DNA of 64,000 bases, from contig JAFGHI010000038.1 of assembly GCA_016930235.1 (NCBI GenBank), forward strand, positions 34,211 through 98,210, given 5' to 3'. A model generated the notes under the pieces. The model ran no database searches. It was not told the origin of the DNA and saw only the letters and a list, made by a program, of their open reading frames with translations. Made by a program: the position numbers and the translations under genes. Below, one piece after another: positions 60,141 to 64,000 of this stretch; positions within the stretch are counted from its first letter, which is position 1; the number at the start of each line of letters is the position of its first letter. Source of the DNA: Candidatus Omnitrophota bacterium. Its GTDB lineage: Bacteria > Omnitrophota > Omnitrophia > Omnitrophales > Aquincolibacteriaceae.

Positions 60141-62879
60141 TTACTTGGAAGAACCTTGCGGAAGAATGTCCTGACAGGCAACAATGACGAGCGTCTCATT
60201 ATTCTCGCGAAAGATATCGAACGAACCGTCAATCATACTGGTTCGATACCTCATAATGCGAAGCCCCATCCCCTTTTTATCCTCGAAATCTTTGGGGAAT
60301 CCGACACCATTATCGGTGACCCTCAAAAAAATAACATTCTGATCACGGCTGAGTGAGATTTTAACCTTTTGGGCCGTTCCATGGCGAATGGCATTATGCA
60401 CAGCTTCTTGAGCAATCCGGTAAAGATGCGTCGCTGTTTCGTGGTTATACACAAGAATCGGCTTTTCGGACCCAAAAACACAGGCAACATGAAAGATCCT
60501 CTCGGTATCTCTTGCCAATTCCTGCAGCGCTGCCATCAACCCATTGTCCTCCAACTCAACAGGGTGAAGCCCGCGTGCCAAGGCCTTTGCCTGTGCCATC
60601 GCATCCTTCAGCAACTCTCCGATTTTAGAAACTTCTCCAGCTTCAGAATTTTTTTTCTCTTTCAGCCGTTGTTCAAGAACCGCGCACATGAACATCAATC
60701 CCGCTAAATGCTGCCCAAGACCGTCATGTAAATCCTGTCCAATACGGTGCTGTTCCCGGCTGCTGATTTCCAAGATATCTTTTTCCGTTTGCTTGCTTTC
60801 CGTAATATCCTGCAGAACTCCGATCATCCAAACGGGCTTACCTTCAACGTCAAAAGTCACTTCAGCCTGAGCATGCACAATCCGAACCGTCTCATCGGGT
60901 TGAACAGCACGATAATCAATTGCATAAGGTTTTCCCTCATAACAAGCCTCGTGAACGGCTCGCTTGACCAGCAACCGGTCATCGGGATGTACATGCGATA
61001 AGAAGGATTCAAAGCTCGCTTTGAATTCCTGAGGTTTGACTCCAAAAATTCTATAGATTTCGTCTGACCAGAAGATCTTATCTGACTGAATATCCCACGT
61101 CCAATTCCCGATATGAGCAATTCTCTGAGCATCGGCCAGGCGCGCTTCACTTTGACGCAAGTCTTCTTCGGCCTCTTTTCTTTCCTGGATCTCTTGATTC
61201 AATTGCTTGTTCACCTCAACCAATTCGGCAGTCCTTTCGGCAACATCCGACTCCAACTTGTCATGTGCCTTTTTCAGCTCCAACTCCATCTTCTTTCGCT
61301 CGGTAATATCGCGAAAAATCTCGAGTTTTGACACGGTCCCGTCCGGATTTTTTAAGGGCGTATCGATCAGGTCATACGTCTTCCCCGTTTTGGGTGACTG
61401 CCATTCCCAACGCACGGTTTGGCCCCTAAAAATCTCGGGCTGCTTACACCATGGACATGAGCTTTCACGGCCTTGAAAATACTCATAGCACTTCTTGCCT
61501 TGAATCTCACCATATTCGTTCTGAATCACGGGATTGGTATATTCCAAAGTGTAATCGGCATTTGCAATATAAACACCGTCCTGCACCGAATCGAGGATAT
61601 TGATCAAACGTTCTCTCTCTCGTGAAATCAATTCCTCTGCCTTTCTTCGTTCTGTAATGTCCACCGCAAAACCGATCACCCCTATAATATTACCCTCGCT
61701 GTCCCAGCAAGGCACTTTCGTGGTCTCGATCCAATTAACGCCATGAGCAGTCCGAAGCTTCTCAACAATATTGCGTTTGGGTTGTCCCGTCTTCATGACC
61801 TCTTTATCATCTCTCCAATAATCGGCCGCCTGTTCGGGCCAAAGCTCCGAGCAATTCTTCCCTTCAATCTGATCCTTTAACATCCCCATGTGTTCACCAA
61901 AATTTTTATTCACACGCAACATATTATTCTTGCAATCTTTATAAAAAATCATTGCGGGCACAGTATCAAGGATAAGCTCCTGCTCTTGCTGTTGACGCAA
62001 CAAATCAGCCTCGACACGTTTTTGTGCCGAAATGTCCGTTATGATACCCTGAATTGCTTTGTCCCCCTCGTAGTCCACCAATTTTGTTGCGATGAGCACA
62101 TCGATTTTCTTGCGTTTTTTCGTAACAATCGTGTACTCATAGGGTTCTACTTCGCGACCACTCAGGTGCTGACGGAAGCTCTTTTCAATCTTAGAACGAG
62201 ATTCGGGAGCAATCAGCCGCCGAAAATCAAAACGAGGGGAACAAAGCTGCCTAATGGAATACCCCATCACCTCTACGCACTTCTTATTGGCGTAAACAAT
62301 TATCCCGGCCTTGTTAATAAAAACCATATTGGGAAGCTGGTCCGCCAAGACCCTGAATTTTTCTTCACTTTCCTTTAAAGCCTCAACAGCTCTTTTTTGG
62401 GCTGTAACTTCTCTCCCAACCCCCTGGATCTCAACCAATCTCCCCTGCTTATCAAAAATACCCCTGTTGGCCCATTGTTCCCACCGGATATCTCCCTTCG
62501 CCGTCAAGATCCGCTGCTCATGAATGGCAACTGGATTTTTTCGACTCAACTTCGCGAGACGCTTTTTAACCTTCTGGCGGTCCTCTTCTAAGATATAGGG
62601 GAAAAAACTTTTTCCTACAACCTCCCTTGGTTTTTTCTTGATCGATTCACAGCAAGCCTTATTGACAAAGGTAATAATCCCTCCGGGTTTGAAGCGGCAA
62701 ACCATTTCGACCTGGCTATCCACAATCGCACGGTACCGGGCCTCGGAAGCGGCAAGTGCATCCTCAGCTCGCTTTTGGGATTCTCGTAGGACAGAGTACT
62801 CCTTAAGCTTTCTTTGAAGCGATTGGACTTTTCTCAACAACGGTGTATGTGCCTTCTTGGGCTGTCTCTTGGTTGCCAA
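60141..62879 (-). CDS. Cytoplasmic multi-PAS/PAC sensor histidine kinase with HisKA_3 (NarX/LiaS-type) and HATPase_c.
   Basis: There are about four PAS/PAC repeats. The sequence has HDGLGQHLAGL (HisKA_3) and a C-terminal ATPase region, and no TM segments. Confidence 0.75.
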   Translation of the reverse strand: MATKRQPKKAHTPLLRKVQSLQRKLKEYSVLRESQKRAEDALAASEARYRAIVDSQVEMVCRFKPGGIITFVNKACCESIKKKPREVVGKSFFPYILEEDRQKVKKRLAKLSRKNPVAIHEQRILTAKGDIRWEQWANRGIFDKQGRLVEIQGVGREVTAQKRAVEALKESEEKFRVLADQLPNMVFINKAGIIVYANKKCVEVMGYSIRQLCSPRFDFRRLIAPESRSKIEKSFRQHLSGREVEPYEYTIVTKKRKKIDVLIATKLVDYEGDKAIQGIITDISAQKRVEADLLRQQQEQELILDTVPAMIFYKDCKNNMLRVNKNFGEHMGMLKDQIEGKNCSELWPEQAADYWRDDKEVMKTGQPKRNIVEKLRTAHGVNWIETTKVPCWDSEGNIIGVIGFAVDITERRKAEELISRERERLINILDSVQDGVYIANADYTLEYTNPVIQNEYGEIQGKKCYEYFQGRESSCPWCKQPEIFRGQTVRWEWQSPKTGKTYDLIDTPLKNPDGTVSKLEIFRDITERKKMELELKKAHDKLESDVAERTAELVEVNKQLNQEIQERKEAEEDLRQSEARLADAQRIAHIGNWTWDIQSDKIFWSDEIYRIFGVKPQEFKASFESFLSHVHPDDRLLVKRAVHEACYEGKPYAIDYRAVQPDETVRIVHAQAEVTFDVEGKPVWMIGVLQDITESKQTEKDILEISSREQHRIGQDLHDGLGQHLAGLMFMCAVLEQRLKEKKNSEAGEVSKIGELLKDAMAQAKALARGLHPVELEDNGLMAALQELARDTERIFHVACVFGSEKPILVYNHETATHLYRIAQEAVHNAIRHGTAQKVKISLSRDQNVIFLRVTDNGVGFPKDFEDKKGMGLRIMRYRTSMIDGSFDIFRENNETLVIVACQDILPQGSSK

Positions 62880-62985
62880 TTTGATTCTCCTTTGAGGAGG
62901 CGGTAGTAATTATTATACCAAACAACAAATTATCTGTCTCAGGGGCTTTTTGAACTCAGATTGGAAGGATGACAAATTCCAGGGG

Positions 62986-63384
62986 TTATTCCCCCAAGAT
63001 AGGCTTGATATATCTCGAAATAAGAGTATCCAACGCAACGGGCTTGGTTAGATATTCGCAGGCACCGTATTCAATCGCCCGCTTCGCGATTTCGATATCG
63101 TGAAAACCCGTCATGACGACAATCACAAGATTGGGAAAACGGCTGACAACCTCTCTCATCACTTCAATACCGTCTTTACCCGGCATTCGGATATCCAAGA
63201 GGACCAAATGAGGAATAATCCTTTCGATCATTTCAAGACCGGCCTTGCCATCCAGCGCAAAGTAGGACTTGTATCCGGCTTCACGCAGACAATGACACAT
63301 AGACTCGCAAAGCTCAGGTTCGTCATCGATAATCAGGATCTTTTTGGACATCGTTCTCACCCTTTTTTGAGCACAAGAATACAC
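62986..63384 (-). CDS. Single-domain response regulator (CheY-like).
   Basis: Matches through ILIIDDEPELCESM...VLLDIRMPGKDG. Confidence 0.8.
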   Translation of the reverse strand: MYSCAQKRVRTMSKKILIIDDEPELCESMCHCLREAGYKSYFALDGKAGLEMIERIIPHLVLLDIRMPGKDGIEVMREVVSRFPNLVIVVMTGFHDIEIAKRAIEYGACEYLTKPVALDTLISRYIKPILGE

Positions 63385-63458
63385 CTACTATATCGGCGCA
63401 ATCTTGAAAAATCCTGAGCTACAAGAAGGAGGAAATGTTTGTCCTAAGAATAGGTTTT

Positions 63459-64000
63459 CTAGCCCTCTCCCAGGCAGGGGCAGGCCTTGGTCGGAGTTCC
63501 CCCGCAAGCGATCATTTTCTCAACCGCCCTCTCAGCCTTTACACGAATTTCGGGTGGAACCTTAACCACGTATTTCAATTCCCTCAAAGCATTGAGGACC
63601 TTGCCAAGGGTGGTCTTTTTCATATTATCGCAAATCGCATGTTCCGAAGCCGGCCAAAATTTCTTTTTGGGGTTATCCTTTTTTAACTTATGGAGCAGTC
63701 CCGTTTCAGTACCAATAATCATTTCATCAACCGAGCATCGCGCAGCAAAACGCAGCATCCCGCTTGTAGACGCCACTTCGTCCGCAAGCTCAATCACGTC
63801 CGGTAAACATTCGGGATGAACGATCACAACAGCTTTTGGGTGTTTCTCTTTTTGTTTTTTAAGATCCTCCGCACGAATCAGCGTATGCACATAGCAGTGC
63901 CCCTTCCAAAAAATCATTTCCCGACCCGTCATCTTCGAGGCATACCGACCCAAATTCATATCCGGCACAAAGATGGGGGGTCTATCCCCTTTCAGCGAAT
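63459..64000 (-). CDS. nadA: Quinolinate synthase, C-terminal part. The gene continues beyond the right window edge.
   Basis: The segment ..IFVPDMNLGRYASKMTGREMIFWKGHCYVH.. and a C-terminal Cys cluster are present. The frame is open upstream of the track's M at 63968. Confidence 0.8.
   Translation of the reverse strand, partial: SLKGDRPPIFVPDMNLGRYASKMTGREMIFWKGHCYVHTLIRAEDLKKQKEKHPKAVVIVHPECLPDVIELADEVASTSGMLRFAARCSVDEMIIGTETGLLHKLKKDNPKKKFWPASEHAICDNMKKTTLGKVLNALRELKYVVKVPPEIRVKAERAVEKMIACGGTPTKACPCLGEG

Overview
This is a bacterial chromosomal segment of mid GC content, and almost all coding is on the minus strand. The main result is that the left 17.86 kb (positions 1..17857) is one uninterrupted minus-strand reading frame. 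It starts at an ATG at 17857, preceded by an in-frame stop at 17882-17884, and is still open at position 1, which gives at least 5,952 codons in the window. The supplied ORF track misses it because its stop codon lies beyond the window edge. It encodes a giant protein with a signal/TM-like N-terminus, internal hydrophobic islands and a long charged, helical body, and I recognise no family. The rest of the window is mostly housekeeping genes; reading from the right edge leftward they are: a partial nadA; a two-component cluster of two histidine kinases and three response regulators; a lipoprotein and a zf-HC2-like small protein; a metal/arsenic-type module (DUF2148, arsM-like, NicO/RcnA-like); an SGNH hydrolase broken by an in-frame TAA; a membrane HD-GYP phosphodiesterase; a Zn-ribbon SAM-methyltransferase and a B12-binding radical SAM protein; miaB carrying an in-frame palindromic-repeat insertion; nnr, lipA and a lysine-less lipoyl-domain protein; an aminotransferase, murI, queC, queE, rph and rdgB; tRNA-Val(GAC) and two plus-strand Hsp20 genes, one membrane-anchored; the thrS-infC-rpmI-rplT-pheS-pheT cluster; rarA; two tandem STAS-PilZ fusion proteins; a DUF1844 protein, a flippase-like membrane protein, a Trm112-like mini-ORF, aroQ, accB and accC; an AmaP-like membrane protein; a PPi-type 6-phosphofructokinase; gmhA and a heptose adenylyltransferase; thiE and a PfkB kinase; and tRNA-Gly(CCC). 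I found no CRISPR array, no transposase or integrase, and no rRNA.
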